In this document: positions 29,301 through 38,771 of the stretch, one piece after another
Numbering within the stretch: the stretch's first letter is position 1
Layout of the letters: every line of letters begins with the position of its first letter
Virus record (IMG/VR): IMGVR_UViG_2930337131_000001
Span: 64,054 to 128,053 of that record
Reading direction: 5' to 3' (one strand)
Length of the DNA stretch: 64,000 nt
From: a virus
Lineage: Duplodnaviria > Caudoviricetes
Notes under the pieces: generated by a model
The model's input: only the letters and a program-made list of their open reading frames with translations
The model's database searches: none
What the model was told of the DNA's origin: nothing
Program-made: the position numbers and the translations under genes

Positions 29301-31857
29301 CGTCACCACCGCGGCGAGCGTGCTGCAGAAGTTCTACGACGTCGGCGCGGACGCCGGGAAGTGGCGCACCGGCGGCTCGAGCACCACCACGGTCACCACC
29401 CCCTCGAACCTGGCCTCGGTCCAGGTGGCCGATGCCCAGGCCGGCGGATCGGTCATGCGCGCGGTCGGCGGAGTCGTTGCCGCCTGGCGGCCGGATGTGC
29501 TCATCCCGTTCGACCCGAACATCCTCTATCGGGTCTCCGTCGTCGCCCGGCAGACCGTCGCGGGCAGCGACACCTCGCAGCAGCGGCTCTACATGGGCGT
29601 GGCCGGCGTGGCAGCGGACGGCACCACCCTGGTCAACACCACCGGCGCAGCCTCCGCAGCCACCCAGCACTACATCGCCGCGGCCTCGCAGAACCTCACC
29701 GCGGGCAGCGGATGGCAGCGCTTCACCGGCTACCTCAAGGGCTATGCGGCGACCGGCGCCACCGCCACCCAGGGCGCCACCACCTCGCCCACCACGCCGG
29801 GCGTGCTCCACGCGAACGCCCGCTACATAACGCCGCTGTTCTACCTGAACTACAGCGGCGGGACCGGCACCGCCGAGATCAGCTCCATCACGGTCGAAGT
29901 CATCGAGACCGGCGCAGTGCAGACCGTCAACATCGCCGATGGCGCCATCACGGCGAACAAGATCCTGGCCAACACCATCACGGCCGACAAGATCGTCGGC
30001 CTGACCATCACGGGCGACAAGCTCGCGGCGAACACCATCACGGCCGACAAGATCCAAGCCCTGTCCATCACGGCGGCGCAGCTCGCGGCGAACTCGGTCA
30101 CGGCGACGGCCATTCAGGCGGGCTCCATCGACGCCACCCACATCAAGGCTGGGGCAATTACCGCCGACCGGCTGTCCCTCGGCACTGACGGCAACCTCAT
30201 CGCCGACCCCAGCTTCGAGGGCGCCGTCTCCGTCGGTCGGGCGTCCACTAGTACGTACTGGTCCATCGTCAGCCCCGGCAACAACACCCCGCAGGCCCTT
30301 CAGGTGAATGCGGCCAACGCCACGGCCATCACCCGATCCCTGACGCTGGCCACGGTGCCAGGGATGCCCGGTCAAAAGCTGTGGCTGTCCATCGACTACT
30401 ACGCCTCCACCGACTGGAACGGCCTCCGGATCAGCTTCTACGGGCAGTGGCTGGACGCGGCCAGCAACATCCTCGGATACAGCACCATCACCACCGGCGA
30501 CAACGCGGCCGTCAAGGGCGCATGGACCACCCTGAGCGGCGTTCCCGACGATGCCGCCCCCGCTGGCACCACCCAGCTCCGCATCGCGTGCTCCACCACC
30601 AACTCCAGCGCGGGCACCGTCCAGTTCGACAACACGACCGCGCGCATCGTCCTCGCCTCCGGTTTTGCTGGGGCCCGCTCCGAGATCAGCCCTCGAGGCC
30701 TGCAGCTCTTTGACGACAACGGCGAGGAAGCCGTCTCTCTCCTGACCGGCCGGCCCAACTACCTGACGCTCAGCTCCGACGGACTGCCCGTCGCGACGAT
30801 CGACCAGACCGGCGGCGCCTACTTCCAGAGCCTGGCGGTCGCCGACACCCTCACCGTGGGCGGGGACCCCTTGACCGCGGTCCTCGACCAGCGGCCGCGC
30901 GGAATCATCTCGTACGGCGTGCCCGCCACGACTGTGACGGCCACCGGCACAGAGCTCGGCTACTTCGAGCTGCCCGTCACGGTCGAGTCCGGCCGGATGT
31001 ACCGCATCAAGTTCCACGCGACCGCGGATTTCGACAACAACAACGATGGAGAGGCCCGCCTGTACCTCCGCGACGGCGGGGCTTCCACGCCCTCGATCTC
31101 GTCGACGCTGCGCCAGCACGTCATCCTCACCCCGTCACACACGGGCCGGTACTGGACGGCAGAGCTCGAGTACATCGTTCCTGGAAGCACCCTCGGCGCC
31201 GGCCTGCACCGATTCCTGCTCTCCTTCGAGAACTCCGGCAGCACCAGCGGTACGACGTTCGAACTGGGGTTGGCCACCACCGGCCGGAGTTGCGTCTTCT
31301 ACGCCGAGGACATCGGCCCGGAGATCCCGAAGACCGGCGGATACAACACCGGAGGTGGCACGGCCACCCCGCCTGTCGTCCAGTACACCAAGACCTACTC
31401 CGCGACCTGGTCCGGGTCGTACTCGAACCGTGGCTCGTACAACAGCTACTACGGCAACTCCTGTTATCAGGGCTACTACAGCTCCACGAACGGCATGCAG
31501 GCGAGCCTCATCGGCTTCTCGTCGTCCCTGGGCACCGACCTGTCGGGCGCGACCATCCAGAAGGCCGAGGTCTATCTGTATTTCGATCACTGGTACTACA
31601 ACAACGGCGGTAGCGCCGTGATCAAGGCGCACAGCTTCACGTCCCGCCCGTCCACGTTCTCCTCCGATCCCGAGTCCAAGACGATCTCTTGGGCGAAGAA
31701 CGAGGGCAAGTGGGTCGACATCACATCGGTGTTCGACTCCACGAAGTGGCGGGGCATTGCCCTGGACCCAAACAGCTCGAGCCTGACCTACTACGGCCGC
31801 GCGCGTGGCTACGGCCAGACCAACCCCCCGAAGCTCCGCGTCACCTACACGAAGTGA
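26344..31857 (+). CDS. Long tail fibre / receptor-binding protein
   Basis: 1837 aa with many AVTAAKIA/NSVTA decapeptide repeats and duplicated CBM-like modules (NL.SDPSFEG; IP.DP..LYR). Confidence 0.85.
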   Translation: MSSFNLDEREKRRQFATYFKELEDRIANLERTNQLNNASIEGGALDIYDEDGALKGSVGVQDDGTVALVPHPENTDPPPTPTAPTVDSALAGLDITWSGQWANSETAPNDFALVQVHVGTPADFTPNAATQVSQINDVTGGKTTVHVEGYDPVWVRLVAVNTAALTGDPSDAVQGQARQAVSQDLIDNIITDVKIANEAITEAKIALSAVTSDKIAAGSVNELLLADDAVTAAKLAAASVGTVALADGAVLAEKLADNAVTQSKVAANAVTELALANSAVTSAKVAVGAIDSTRIADAAVTAVKIGQNAVTAAKLADGAVGALALADSAVTAAKVAVNAIDSTKITDAAVTAAKIGAAAVTTGKLAAQAVTLANLSGALADVASQRWVDTMGDPSTWTVAALSTGGAFDFLTGVTDAQTGQTVGQATGFARLRGNTLIPYDPDVLYRISARVRMPQAGTSDAVYVGVLGIGADGVTLVNRDGSNSVNSHYYPAASGKAVANTDGWVTVIGFMKGRAASGVSGSAGPNNDPRSPGLVNAGVRFISPYIWLNYNQQSSGSSKMQMDYVAIEALKTGVVDTINLSSGAVTAPAIATDAVIAGKIAADAITARELAANSVTAAELSAGSVTAAAIAANTITAGQLAANSVTAAQIAAGSVQTAALAADAVAAGKIAADAVTARELAANSVTAAELSAGSVTAAAIAAGTITAGQLAANSVTATQIAAGAVQAGALAADAVAAGKIAADAVTARELAASSVTASELSAGSVTANAIAAGSVTTDKLTVAGGANLMSDPSFEGAFSAALVAGSNNFSIDTIGNGSAKSLKLNAVAGAATTKSQMITRVPILAGDQLYLAFDYLASSDYTSTATPKFYARWEDSTGTTIGYGVAAASPPVLGGSTWNRPTATVTAPAGTVQASIWAESFNASAGTLWFDNIAVRPVVAGVQIADGAITTPKMVAGSIQGDRIAVNTLNADRIVSGSITTSQLNVTTAASVLQKFYDVGADAGKWRTGGSSTTTVTTPSNLASVQVADAQAGGSVMRAVGGVVAAWRPDVLIPFDPNILYRVSVVARQTVAGSDTSQQRLYMGVAGVAADGTTLVNTTGAASAATQHYIAAASQNLTAGSGWQRFTGYLKGYAATGATATQGATTSPTTPGVLHANARYITPLFYLNYSGGTGTAEISSITVEVIETGAVQTVNIADGAITANKILANTITADKIVGLTITGDKLAANTITADKIQALSITAAQLAANSVTATAIQAGSIDATHIKAGAITADRLSLGTDGNLIADPSFEGAVSVGRASTSTYWSIVSPGNNTPQALQVNAANATAITRSLTLATVPGMPGQKLWLSIDYYASTDWNGLRISFYGQWLDAASNILGYSTITTGDNAAVKGAWTTLSGVPDDAAPAGTTQLRIACSTTNSSAGTVQFDNTTARIVLASGFAGARSEISPRGLQLFDDNGEEAVSLLTGRPNYLTLSSDGLPVATIDQTGGAYFQSLAVADTLTVGGDPLTAVLDQRPRGIISYGVPATTVTATGTELGYFELPVTVESGRMYRIKFHATADFDNNNDGEARLYLRDGGASTPSISSTLRQHVILTPSHTGRYWTAELEYIVPGSTLGAGLHRFLLSFENSGSTSGTTFELGLATTGRSCVFYAEDIGPEIPKTGGYNTGGGTATPPVVQYTKTYSATWSGSYSNRGSYNSYYGNSCYQGYYSSTNGMQASLIGFSSSLGTDLSGATIQKAEVYLYFDHWYYNNGGSAVIKAHSFTSRPSTFSSDPESKTISWAKNEGKWVDITSVFDSTKWRGIALDPNSSSLTYYGRARGYGQTNPPKLRVTYTK
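28135..28680 (+). repeat. ~210-bp tandem repeat (x2.6) in the tail fibre
   Basis: GCCGG(G/A)AAGATCGCGGC recurs at 28135, 28345 and 28555. Confidence 0.8.
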
Positions 31858-31866
31858 GGAGGCCCC

Positions 31867-32247
31867 GTGCCCACACTGCCACTGCCGCTTAGCGCCCTCT
31901 GCGGTCTCGCCGATGAGCCGACGTTACTGCCGCGGGTCCGCCTGGCCATTGCGATGATCGCGCAGGAGGTCTTTGCCGAGCCTCCCGAAACTCCCGGCTA
32001 CCCACTGCGCTGGAACCTGGCCAAGACCGTGTTGAGCCCTACAGCGGCACAGACGATGCAGATGATGGTCGGCATCGTCGCCTCGCCCCCCATGGTCGCC
32101 GCGGCGGCCGCCACCGGTGCGACGGGCGCGTCAGCCATGGCCGCCGCGATCACGGACGACCAGATCCTCGGAGCGATCCGCCTTGGCTGGAACGCAGTCG
32201 CCGGCGTCAGCCCGACGGCAGCGGAGCCGATGGTGGTTGAGACGTAA
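31867..32247 (+). CDS. Hypothetical protein (possible tail-fibre-associated); contains a TTA codon
   Basis: GAGGAGG RBS; TTA at 31924. Confidence 0.65.
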   Translation: MPTLPLPLSALCGLADEPTLLPRVRLAIAMIAQEVFAEPPETPGYPLRWNLAKTVLSPTAAQTMQMMVGIVASPPMVAAAAATGATGASAMAAAITDDQILGAIRLGWNAVAGVSPTAAEPMVVET

Positions 32248-32268
32248 GCGGTCGCAGTGGTGCAGGGT
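32239..32268 (+). promoter_or_regulatory. Late-promoter motif
   Basis: GAGACG-N18-CAGGGT. Confidence 0.5.
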
Positions 32269-32349
32269 CCCCGGCTGCGGGGAGCCGCGGGCTTTCGGGC
32301 CCCGGCTCCCGCGCATCCCACCCGACGACCGATGACCGAGGAGGCGCTC

Positions 32350-32757
32350 ATGGAGTGGCTCACCTCTCTGGCGCCTGTCCTCGCCCCCCTGTCCGGCATG
32401 GTTGGCGTGCTGGGCGGGGCCTGGATGGTGTACCGGCAGACGAAACACAAGACCGACACCGACGCCCGCACCGCGGAAGCCAACACCGCAGTCACCGCTG
32501 TGACGACCGTGACAGAGGGCTTCACCAAGCTGCTGGAGCAGCAGCGCGAGACCAACGCGAAGACCCTCGAGCGGCTCACCACCGTGGAGGCCCGCGTGGA
32601 GCGCCTCGAGGAGGAACAACGGCAGTGGCGGAGGTGGAAGGCCGCCGCGGTGGAGTACATCCACCAGCTCCGCGCGCTGGTCGGCCGGCTCCGTGAGAGT
32701 CCCGCCCCGGCCCCGCCGCGGGAGCTCGCCGAGGACCTGGGCGACAACGCGACGTAA
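32350..32757 (+). CDS. Single-TM coiled-coil lysis-cassette membrane protein
   Basis: GAGGAGG RBS; N-terminal TM segment followed by a coiled coil. Confidence 0.65.
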   Translation: MEWLTSLAPVLAPLSGMVGVLGGAWMVYRQTKHKTDTDARTAEANTAVTAVTTVTEGFTKLLEQQRETNAKTLERLTTVEARVERLEEEQRQWRRWKAAAVEYIHQLRALVGRLRESPAPAPPRELAEDLGDNAT

Positions 32758-32778
32758 GCCGTCGGCCGCGCGCACAGT
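32749..32778 (+). promoter_or_regulatory. Late-promoter motif
   Basis: GCGACG-N18-CACAGT. Confidence 0.6.
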
Positions 32779-32799
32779 CCGCCCGTCAAGCATCCCCGC

Positions 32800-33138
32800 A
32801 TGAAGGGCAACCCCATGTCTCCAGTGCTCGAAGCACTCTCCACCGGTGGCCAGGTGGGCGCCGTACTGCCGCTGCTCACCGCGGTCGTACAGCGCCCCGC
32901 CTGGTCCGCCCGGTACAAGCAGGTCGTCGCGGTCGTCGCCGCAGTCGTCGCCGGCGTCGCGGCCGTAGCGGCAGACGGCGGCTGGGATCAGTTCCAGCAC
33001 GGCAAGCTCACCCTGGCCACCTTCCTCGGCGTCCTGGCGGCCGCCCAGACGTCCTATGACCTGATCTGGAAGCCCTCCAAGATCGCCCCCGTGATCGAGG
33101 CCCTGACCACGCGGAAGGGGGCACAGCAGACCGAATAG
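32800..33138 (+). CDS. Holin-like membrane protein
   Basis: 112 aa with about 3 hydrophobic helices, at the end of the tail module. Confidence 0.65.
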   Translation: MKGNPMSPVLEALSTGGQVGAVLPLLTAVVQRPAWSARYKQVVAVVAAVVAGVAAVAADGGWDQFQHGKLTLATFLGVLAAAQTSYDLIWKPSKIAPVIEALTTRKGAQQTE

Positions 33139-33142
33139 GGAC

Positions 33143-33179
33143 CATGGGGCCCGCCGGCCCTTCAACTGGCGGGTACCAT
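33143..33179 (+). terminator. Stem-loop after the holin-like gene
   Basis: ATGG.GCCCGCCGG...CTGGCGGGT.CCAT. Confidence 0.5.
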
Positions 33180-33185
33180 CGGCAA

Positions 33186-33454
33186 CTGAGGTGGTCGCAC
33201 GACTACCGCGGAGACGCGTTCGAGGCTCCGGTCAAGGGTTCTTGGGACTGACAACACACCTCTAGTTCAGATGGGAGTGTTCCTCTTCCCGTGGTCGCCC
33301 TTGATCACACAGGAGTCGATTAACCGGGTGCGTGTAGAGCACTCGGGGCCGGGGAGCGGATGCTCCTGCGACGAACCGGCCTCGTCCTTCGCGACCGTGC
33401 GGCCGCCTCGCCTTGTCTCAGCAGGCACCACCCAGGGACCGAGAGCACGGCCCT
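33186..33454 (+). ncRNA. Candidate structured RNA / long 5' leader
   Basis: Nested complementary segments: TCAAGGG/CCCTTGA, GGGA/TCCC, AACAC/GTGTT, CCGGGTGC/GCACTCGG, GGAGC/GCTCC, GACGA/TCGTC, GGTCGC/GCGACC and CTGAG/CTCAG. Confidence 0.4.
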
Positions 33455-33479
33455 ACCCGAACCGGAGGAACACTCGCCC

Positions 33480-34301
33480 ATGAGCATCGCGCAGAAGGTC
33501 GCCGCCGAGACCGGATACCTGTCCCGGATGTCCGATGAGACGTTCATGGACGTCGTCGTCGCCTACGTCATGGGGGACACGGACCCGCGCGTACACCGGG
33601 CCGTCCAGGGCGAGGCACTCGGATCGCCGCGGCTCGCATCCCGCACTCTCGACGCCCTCGAGACCGCCCTGCGCCGCGCGCGGCAGTACAACCCCCTCCA
33701 GGAGGGCGAGACCAAGCGGGAGCAGCAGGCCCGCATCGCGCCGTGGCGGGCGAGGATCCAGGCCGCGATGGGCCCGCTCCAGGACGTCGTCGACGACCTG
33801 GCCCACGAGCACGCGAAGCAGTTGGCCGCCCTCGACGACGATTCGTTCACCGACCGGTTCACCGACTTCGTCCTCGGCGAGCCTGCCCCCGCGCCGACGT
33901 CCCAGCGGATTGAGGCTCTCGGCTTCCGGTCACACAGAGTGGCTAAGAGGGCGGCGGCACTCTGCCGCCTGATGGACGAGGACCCGGGCCAGTTCCTGCC
34001 CGAGCCCGCTCCGGGCGAGAGCCGCACCGCGCGGCAGAAGCGGGTCGAGGAGTTCCGCCGGCGCGTGGAGGCCGAGGCCGCGTTCCTGCGGTACGGCGTC
34101 CAGTACGCGGAGGCGCGCCAGGGCCGGATGCCCAGCGAACCGAACCACCGGCTGCAGGCGCTCAAGCTCCTCGGCCAGGCCCACCCCCAGGAGCTGCTCG
34201 AGCTCCTGCGCCGGGTCCGCGGCGAGGCCCGCGCCGCCAAGCAGGAAGCGCGCCGCGACGCCCGGGACGTTCGGCGCGCGGCCCAGACCGGCGCGCGCTG
34301 A
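33480..34301 (+). CDS. Hypothetical helical protein (273 aa)
   Basis: GGAGG RBS before ATG 33480; internal duplication (MSDETFMDVV / LDDDSFTDRF). Confidence 0.7.
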   Translation: MSIAQKVAAETGYLSRMSDETFMDVVVAYVMGDTDPRVHRAVQGEALGSPRLASRTLDALETALRRARQYNPLQEGETKREQQARIAPWRARIQAAMGPLQDVVDDLAHEHAKQLAALDDDSFTDRFTDFVLGEPAPAPTSQRIEALGFRSHRVAKRAAALCRLMDEDPGQFLPEPAPGESRTARQKRVEEFRRRVEAEAAFLRYGVQYAEARQGRMPSEPNHRLQALKLLGQAHPQELLELLRRVRGEARAAKQEARRDARDVRRAAQTGAR

Positions 34302-35074
34302 GGCGCGCTCCTGGCCGACCGCTCCACCTTCAAGGGCGCGCCCGATGGCGCGCCCTTCTCCATGTCCGGGCGCGCCTGGGCACCGCGCCGCGCGCGCGGA
34401 CTCGGCGCGGTCCTCGGCGCGCGGCCGGCCGGTGGGCGCGCCGCGCGCCACCTATCGCGCGGATGGGCGCGCGCGCTCGAGCGGTCAGGGGCGCGGTAGT
34501 CCTGCGCGCCGTTCCGGAGCCCGCGCGGGGCTCCCCCCGGGGCCGCGCTCGAGGGCGCGCCACGGCCAGGCGCGGGGCGCGCCCTCGAGAAAGGGCAGGT
34601 CAGATGGCGCGCGCCCTGGCGCGCTTGCTGTGGCGCGCGTGCGCGCGGTGGCCATGGCGCGGGCGCGCGGCGCGGTCGGATCGGGCGCGCGCGCGATCGT
34701 CAGGAGGGCGCGCGGCGCGGCGCGGGTATGGCGCGCGCTCACTGGATCGGCGCGCTTGGGCGCGCGCCCGGCGGCGCGCCTGGGTCCGCGCGCGCGGCGC
34801 GGTACGGGATGGCGCGCGCTCCCTCTGGGCGCGCCTGGGCGCGCGCGGATCGGCGCGCTTGGGGAGCGGCGCGGGCGCGCCTGGCAGGCGCGCCCAGGGG
34901 AAGGCGCGCAGTGCCTGGGCGCGCGCTTGGGGGAGGGACGGCGCGGCGCGCGGGCGCGCCTCGAGGTGATGTGACGTGACGAGAGAAGGGGGAGCGGCGC
35001 GCGCCGTGGAAGCGCGCCCGAGGGGGCCGGGCGCGCGTCACGTCACGTCACGTCACTGTCCGGCGGGCGCGCCC
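34273..35074. repeat. Non-coding GCGCGC-dense array
   Basis: About 40 GCGCGC-containing blocks by hand count in ~800 bp between convergent genes, with GTGAC/GTCAC pentamer repeats at the right end. Confidence 0.8.
34332..34357. terminator. Perfect 11-bp stem-loop
   Basis: AAGGGCGCGCC-cgat-GGCGCGCCCTT. Confidence 0.55.
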
Positions 35075-36768
35075 TCGAAGTACGGCGCGAACCGCCTGGC
35101 GAGCTTCGGGTCGACCGGCGGGGCCTTCCGGTAGTACTCGGCGAGCTCCGTCTCTCCAGCCGCCTCGAGGTACTCGACGAGTCCCGGGCGGTGGCCGAGG
35201 ACGTAGTTCCGCAGCTCGGGCAGCTCCGGGTCGCCGGTCTCGGAGATCGGCCCCAGGTGCTCACCCTTAGTCATCATCAGGAGTCGGGCCTGAACCTCGG
35301 CCTCCTCGTACAGGGCCTTGAATGCGAGCTCCTCGCCCCTGTTCCTCCGGGAGGCCGGACGCGCGGCGGCGGGGGGCGGGACGTCCTGGGGCTCCTCGGC
35401 CTGGCTGGTCTCCTCCGGGTTCTCGTCGATCGGGGGCTCCTCGTGCTCCGGGTCCGGCGGCGGGGGCGCGGAGTCGTACTCGGCCGGCGGCTCCGGCTCC
35501 TCGTGGGCCTGGTGCTCGCGGGCCTGCTCCGGCCGCTGGTCCTGCGGGGCCGGGGCGGTGCTCGGTGCCTGCTGGGGCGGCTGGGTTCCCTGCCCGGCGG
35601 CGGCCGCCTCCGCCTTCTTCTTGGCCTGCTCCCTGACTGCGGTCAGGGCGCGGGTGATCAGGGCGTCGGCGTTCATCTCCCCCCACAGCTTCGTGCGGGT
35701 GGGAATCCGCTCGAGGGTCCGCTTGCCCCACGTCTCGCGGATGTCGACCAGGCGCGCCTCCGGATCGGTCGGGTCGTTGAGCGCCTGGTGCACGAGACTG
35801 ACGGCCCCCTGGCCGGTGAGCTCGGATGACTGGGGCGCATGCTGCTGGGGCTGGGCTCCCTGCTGGGGCGGGCGCTGCTGAGACTGGTTCGGCCCCTGCT
35901 GCCGCTGGTTCTGCTGCTGCGGCGGCCGCTCCCCCTGCTCGTCCAGGTACGCGTCCGGCCGGGTCTCGGTGACCTGGCGGGTGGCGGCGGCCTCGTGGAA
36001 ACCCATGCGGCGGAGCAGGCTGTCGATGCTGAAGTCCCGGTACCGCTCCGTCTCGCCGGGCTTCATCTCCCAGTGCAGCGTGCGGACCCCCGTCAGGTAG
36101 GCGTCGCCCAGGCCGTGCAGTTCCACGATGGCGTCGACGGCGGCCGGAAGGTTCTTCTCGGCCTTGATCTTTCGGGTGGTGTTCCGGGTGGGCTTGTCGT
36201 TCTCGAACGCGGTCACGATCTCCTGGCGGGCGATCATCACCACGGGGCCGGAGTGCCGGCGGAGCAGCCACAGGAACTCGCCCCACCGGTCCTTCGCCCG
36301 GTTCCACAGGTCGGCGTCGATGACGACCGGGTCGTCCAGCGAGGGCCCGCGGCGCTTGTTCTCCTGCGCCTTCCGCACGGCGCGGCGGCGCGCGTACAGG
36401 GCCTGCTCGTCGCCGAGCATCTCCCACAGGTTCGAGCCGTTGTCGACGACGATCATGTTGGGCTTACCGTCGACACGGGGCTGCGCGACGATCCAGCGGA
36501 CGGCGTCGAGGATGTCCTGATAGGTGCCGTCGTGCTCGACGATCTCGTACCGGGCCCCGGGGATCTTGCCGTAGTAGTCCGCGGTGCCCTCGGACCCACC
36601 GATCTCGAGCCAGTACGTCATGCCGATGAGGTCGGAGCGCGAGCCGACAGCGGCCTCGTAGCTCTTGCCGCACTTCTCGGGCCCGCACAGCAGGATGAAC
36701 GGCGGGTTGGGGAGGCAAGTCGGCTTCCGGGACGTACGGGCGCGCTGCGGCGCGGTGATACCAGGCAT
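35053..36768 (-). CDS. Sak4/AAA_24-like ATPase (recombination/annealing) with long Gln/Pro-rich extension
   Basis: Walker A GPEKCGKS, Walker B MIVVDN and VVMIAR; GAGG RBS. Confidence 0.7.
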   Translation of the reverse strand: MPGITAPQRARTSRKPTCLPNPPFILLCGPEKCGKSYEAAVGSRSDLIGMTYWLEIGGSEGTADYYGKIPGARYEIVEHDGTYQDILDAVRWIVAQPRVDGKPNMIVVDNGSNLWEMLGDEQALYARRRAVRKAQENKRRGPSLDDPVVIDADLWNRAKDRWGEFLWLLRRHSGPVVMIARQEIVTAFENDKPTRNTTRKIKAEKNLPAAVDAIVELHGLGDAYLTGVRTLHWEMKPGETERYRDFSIDSLLRRMGFHEAAATRQVTETRPDAYLDEQGERPPQQQNQRQQGPNQSQQRPPQQGAQPQQHAPQSSELTGQGAVSLVHQALNDPTDPEARLVDIRETWGKRTLERIPTRTKLWGEMNADALITRALTAVREQAKKKAEAAAAGQGTQPPQQAPSTAPAPQDQRPEQAREHQAHEEPEPPAEYDSAPPPPDPEHEEPPIDENPEETSQAEEPQDVPPPAAARPASRRNRGEELAFKALYEEAEVQARLLMMTKGEHLGPISETGDPELPELRNYVLGHRPGLVEYLEAAGETELAEYYRKAPPVDPKLARRFAPYFEGAPAGQ

Positions 36769-36885
36769 CGGTGTTCCTCGCTTCGTGGTCTCCCCGGGTG
36801 CTCTCCCGCGGAGGATGCAACGGCGAAGGGGTTAACCTCTCGCCGTTGTCCCTGGCTTACTATTCTACCCGCTTGGTGGGGTAGA

Positions 36886-37299
36886 TCAATGCCGGTTCAG
36901 CAGATCCGCGACGGGAGTTGCAAGTTTCGGGTCCTGGTCCTCGCGGTGCCGCTTATACCAGGCGTCGAGGGCCTCGAGCCCGTCGGCCGCGGCCGCCTTC
37001 TGGTCCTCGGGCATGGCTTCCCACTCGGCGACTGCGTCCTCGTACTCGCCGCGGACCGTGTCCGGGTCCTGGCGATTGAGGGCCTCCGTGATCTCCTGCC
37101 ATGAGGCGCCGCCCAGGGCCTCGGCGAGGACGACGCGGTCGACGATCTCGTTGGCCAACTGGCGAAGCCGGCGGGCTTGCAGGATGCGGTCGGCCGGGCT
37201 GGTGGTCTCGGCGGTGGTCGCGACTGTCTGCCGGGCGAGGTCGGACAGGTCGCGGGCTGCGCGGGCGGTGGTGATCCGGGCCAGGATCTCCGGTTCCAT
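36886..37299 (-). CDS. Hypothetical protein (HTH-like GASWQEITEALN)
   Basis: 137-aa ORF with typical codon bias. Confidence 0.6.
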   Translation of the reverse strand: MEPEILARITTARAARDLSDLARQTVATTAETTSPADRILQARRLRQLANEIVDRVVLAEALGGASWQEITEALNRQDPDTVRGEYEDAVAEWEAMPEDQKAAAADGLEALDAWYKRHREDQDPKLATPVADLLNRH

Positions 37300-37377
37300 G
37301 GAAGGGTCCGATCATGCGGGCGGCGGGCGCCCCAGGTCGGGGGCCCGCCGCTTCGGTACGGGTAGAGGCAGGATGCC

Positions 37378-38619
37378 TTACGAGCCGGTTGCCGTCAGCG
37401 CCTGGTCGAACGCAGCGAAGACAGCATCGACGGTCGCGGGCTGCGGGAGGAGGACCCCCTTCTGCGCGGCGTACTCCTTGATGATGCGGCCGCGTGTCCT
37501 GCGGCCGCTCCCTTCGTGCTGGCCGAGGACCTCCGCAATCGCGGCGCCGGTCAAAGGCCCGTCGAAGACGTCGCGGTGTCCACCGTCGATGACCTCGGCG
37601 ATGATCGCGCGCAGCTCCTCCTCCGTGCTCCACGCGGGGACCACGTACGGCTGGGGCGCGCCCTGCGCCTCTCCGGCCGGGGCGGCGGGTGCGGGCTCCG
37701 GCGCGGCCATCGGCTCGAGAGCCATGGTCGGCTGCGCGGGAACGGTGGCCGTGACCCGGCGCGGCTTCGGGGCAGCGGCCGGAGCGACCGCGGCCGGAGC
37801 CGGTGCGAGAGCTGCAGCGGGCGGGAGCACCGGGGCCGCGGCGGGGGCCGGAGCCTCGAGCGCCTCGACCTCGACCGGCTCAGCGAAGATGCCCGTGGGG
37901 TCGATGCCCGCCGCGCGCAGACCGGCCGCGGCCGTCTCCGCGAGGGGGACGCCGGCGCTGACGAGCTGCAGCGGGAGCAGCGAAGCCACTGGCGCCTTCC
38001 GGCGCCAGGCTCGACCGAACCGGCCGCGGAGCTGCGCCTGGTAGACGAGTCGCTCCTGCTCGAGCTTGAGGACCGTGTCGTACGAGGTGAGTTCCCACAG
38101 CTTCATGCGGCGCCACAGCAGGAAGGTGGGCAGCGGAGAGAGGACCCAGCGCGCCCACCGAACCTTGTCCATCTGACGGCGGCGGCCGGTGGCAGCGCCG
38201 ATACGGACGGCGTAGGTGTGCGTAGCGATCTCGGAGACGATGACCCAGAGCAGGGCCATCGCTCCGTGCGCGATCTTGGACCAGAGGGATTCGCCGGACG
38301 CGACGTTCAACGCGCAGGACGTCAGGCTCAGCACCCAGGGGACGAGCCGCGCCCACCACAGCGGCATCCCCGTGCGGATCAGGAACAGGTGGGCCCCGGT
38401 GAACACGGGGATAGCGGAGTCGATGGCGGTGGGCAGGACCCACGGCTCGGTGAAACCCCAGTCTTCGGCTGCTTTGGACACGGCGTCGAATGATGCGAAG
38501 AAGCCCAGTCCGCCGACGGCGGCTCCGCCAACTGCGGTCAGGCCCGCGCCGAAGCGCTCCCAACGGCTGAGCGGCGGGACGCCGGAGTCGTCCTCGCGGG
38601 TATGGGGGAACTGGCTCAC
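37378..38619 (-). CDS. DUF2637-family membrane protein (Streptomyces plasmid/AICE spread-associated type)
   Basis: Four TM helices, then RWARWVLSPLPTFLLWRRMKLWELTSY, an Ala/Pro linker and a C-terminal HTH. Confidence 0.75.
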   Translation of the reverse strand: MSQFPHTREDDSGVPPLSRWERFGAGLTAVGGAAVGGLGFFASFDAVSKAAEDWGFTEPWVLPTAIDSAIPVFTGAHLFLIRTGMPLWWARLVPWVLSLTSCALNVASGESLWSKIAHGAMALLWVIVSEIATHTYAVRIGAATGRRRQMDKVRWARWVLSPLPTFLLWRRMKLWELTSYDTVLKLEQERLVYQAQLRGRFGRAWRRKAPVASLLPLQLVSAGVPLAETAAAGLRAAGIDPTGIFAEPVEVEALEAPAPAAAPVLPPAAALAPAPAAVAPAAAPKPRRVTATVPAQPTMALEPMAAPEPAPAAPAGEAQGAPQPYVVPAWSTEEELRAIIAEVIDGGHRDVFDGPLTGAAIAEVLGQHEGSGRRTRGRIIKEYAAQKGVLLPQPATVDAVFAAFDQALTATGS

Positions 38620-38771
38620 GGACACCTTTCCTCTCGTTCGGGTCTCCCCGGTCGGCTTATGCTCGTGGCCTTCCGGGTCGACCAAACGATATAGCGTCTT
38701 CCGCCTGTTGTGCCTGAATCAGTTCCCACAGTGCGTCAGGGACGCGGTCATACCGGGTGTTTTGGGGCCGG

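Noticed and set aside
27600-30700. Diversity-generating retroelement TR/VR pair in the duplicated tail modules
   Set aside because: Both copies are in-frame coding and broadly diverged, and there is no reverse transcriptase in the window.
34330-35041. ORFs of 77-209 aa within the GCGCGC tract
   Set aside because: Translations are just Ala/Arg/Gly by-products of the DNA motif in all frames, with no codon-position bias or convincing RBS.
34273-35074. CRISPR array interpretation of the GC tract
   Set aside because: No constant 23-47-bp repeat or regular spacer length, and no cas genes.
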